DNA of 64,000 bases. Origin: an uncultured Chloroflexia bacterium (GTDB lineage Bacteria; Chloroflexota; Limnocylindria; Limnocylindrales; CSP1-4). The DNA lies in contig CAWJDE010000002.1 of assembly GCA_963841545.1 (NCBI GenBank), positions 122,875 through 186,874 of the forward strand, given 5' to 3'. Below, piece after piece: positions 62,790-64,000 of the stretch; position 1 is the stretch's first letter, and the number at the start of each line of letters is the position of its first letter. The notes beneath the pieces were generated by a model. It was given only the letters and a program-made list of their open reading frames with translations. It searched no databases and was not told where the DNA came from. A program made the position numbers and the translations under genes.

Positions 62790-64000
62790 ATGGCCAAGCG
62801 ACCGTCGAACCCGGAGCCGCAGCAGGAGAGCGCGCCCGCGAAGGGCGAACCTCGCGAGCTGCCGCTCGTCGCGCTCCGGGAGACGGTCATCTTCCCGGAG
62901 ATGATCGTCCCCCTCCAGGTCGGACGCGAGAAGAGCGTTGCCGCGCTCAACGCCGCCGTCGAAGACGGCGGCCCCATCGCGCTCGTGACCCAGCGGCAGC
63001 CCGAGCAGGAGGAGATCGGCGATCCCTCCGAGCTGTACGAAGTCGGCACGATGGCGAAGATCGCCCAGGTCGTGCAGCTCCAGGACGGGACCGTCCGGGC
63101 GATCATCCAGGGCCAGGCCCGGATCCGCGTCCTGGGCTTCGTCCGAACGTCACCGCACCTGGCGATCCGCGTCGAGGAGATCCAGGACGAGACCCCCGGC
63201 GGGGTCGAGGTCCAGGCGCTCGTGCGCAGCGTCCAGGCGCAGATGGAGCAGTACGTCGCCAACGGCGCACCGGTCCCGCCGGAAGCCGCGGTCGCCGCGC
63301 GCAACATCACGGAGCCCGGGCTGCTGGCTGACATGGTCGCGTACAGCCCGGACATGACCACCGAGCAGCGCCAGGAGCTGCTGGAGACGGTCGACGTCGA
63401 GCAGCGCCTCAAGCTCGTGTCGGCGTTCCTCGCTCGCCAGATCGAGATCCTCGAGCTCAAGGGGAAGATCCAGAGCGAGGTCAAGTCCGAGATGGACAAG
63501 ACCCAGCGCGAGTACATCCTCCGCGAGCAGCTCAAGGCGATCCAGCGCGAGCTCGGCGAGGACGACCCCCAGCAGGCCGAGATCAACGAGCTGCGCGAGA
63601 AGGTCGAGCAGTCCGGCATGCCGGAGGAGGTCCGCACCCGGGCGATCAAGGAGATCGACCGGATGAGCCGGATCCCGTCCGCCTCGCCCGAGGTCGGCGT
63701 GATCCGAACCTACGTCGACTGGCTCGTCTCGCTGCCGTGGAACGTGTCCACGGACGACCGCCTGAACATCAGGGAGGCGGCCCAGATCCTGGACGAGGAC
63801 CACTACGGCCTCGAGAAGGTCAAGGAGCGGATCCTCGAGTACCTCGCGGTGCGCAGCCTGGCCGAGACCATCCGCAGCCCGATCCTGCTGTTCGTCGGGC
63901 CGCCCGGCGTGGGCAAGACGAGCCTGGGCAAGAGCATCGCCAAGGCGATGGGCCGCAAGTTCACCCGGATGAGCCTGGGCGGCATCCACGACGAGGCCGA
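62790..64000 (+). CDS. lon: ATP-dependent Lon protease (5' partial, runs off the window)
   Basis: AAGGAG RBS. LPLVALRETVIFPEMIVPLQVGREKS (LON N-domain), REYILREQLKAIQRELGE, Walker A GPPGVGKTSLGKSIA. Not in the ORF track because there is no stop within the window. Confidence 0.9.
   Translation, partial: MAKRPSNPEPQQESAPAKGEPRELPLVALRETVIFPEMIVPLQVGREKSVAALNAAVEDGGPIALVTQRQPEQEEIGDPSELYEVGTMAKIAQVVQLQDGTVRAIIQGQARIRVLGFVRTSPHLAIRVEEIQDETPGGVEVQALVRSVQAQMEQYVANGAPVPPEAAVAARNITEPGLLADMVAYSPDMTTEQRQELLETVDVEQRLKLVSAFLARQIEILELKGKIQSEVKSEMDKTQREYILREQLKAIQRELGEDDPQQAEINELREKVEQSGMPEEVRTRAIKEIDRMSRIPSASPEVGVIRTYVDWLVSLPWNVSTDDRLNIREAAQILDEDHYGLEKVKERILEYLAVRSLAETIRSPILLFVGPPGVGKTSLGKSIAKAMGRKFTRMSLGGIHDEA

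Overview
This is a very GC-rich (by eye about 70% or more) bacterial chromosomal segment. Gene content and synteny look Actinomycetota-like: PstP-like PP2C phosphatase, Hanks-type kinase, two LAL/LuxR regulators, an Rv2690c/ceoB/ceoC-like block, holB, hpt, tdk, rsmG and hsp20-hspR-lon. I can support about 70 protein-coding genes. They are tightly packed, with many ATGA/GTGA/TGATG start-stop overlaps. I saw no rRNA, tRNA, CRISPR array, transposase, integrase or prophage gene, so this looks like core chromosome rather than an island. Because of the GC content, most long ORFs in the track are antisense or off-frame shadows, and I rejected them. Functional blocks, in order: (1) a GT4-unknown-GH130 glycan operon; (2) a Ser/Thr phospho-signalling neighbourhood of PP2C, LAL regulator, FHA-TM-trypsin/PDZ protease, kinase and S8 peptidase; (3) tdk and rpiB; (4) a xanthine-dehydrogenase-family molybdenum hydroxylase locus with a naturally split Mo subunit, plus CoxG, cupin and a GntR regulator with a clear palindromic operator; (5) a MacB-type ABC exporter and a second LAL regulator; (6) an acyl-CoA ligase, orphan response regulators and a GGDEF/HD-GYP enzyme; (7) an uncharacterised coupled operon ending in an acyl-ACP-thioesterase-like gene; (8) holB with an NYN nuclease carrying a long Arg-rich repeat tail; (9) a LIV-type ABC importer; (10) hpt, csoR, rsmG and a K+-uptake-like block; (11) a heat-shock cluster. 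The most unusual signal is at the ABC exporter/LAL block. It is bracketed by two copies of a small-ORF cassette, each preceded by the same conserved 64-nt non-coding block. That block could be a structured RNA leader or an operator, and I cannot assign it to any family I know. Coordinates of non-coding motifs were counted by hand and may be off by 1-2 nt. CDS starts are best guesses checked against the ORF-track frames.
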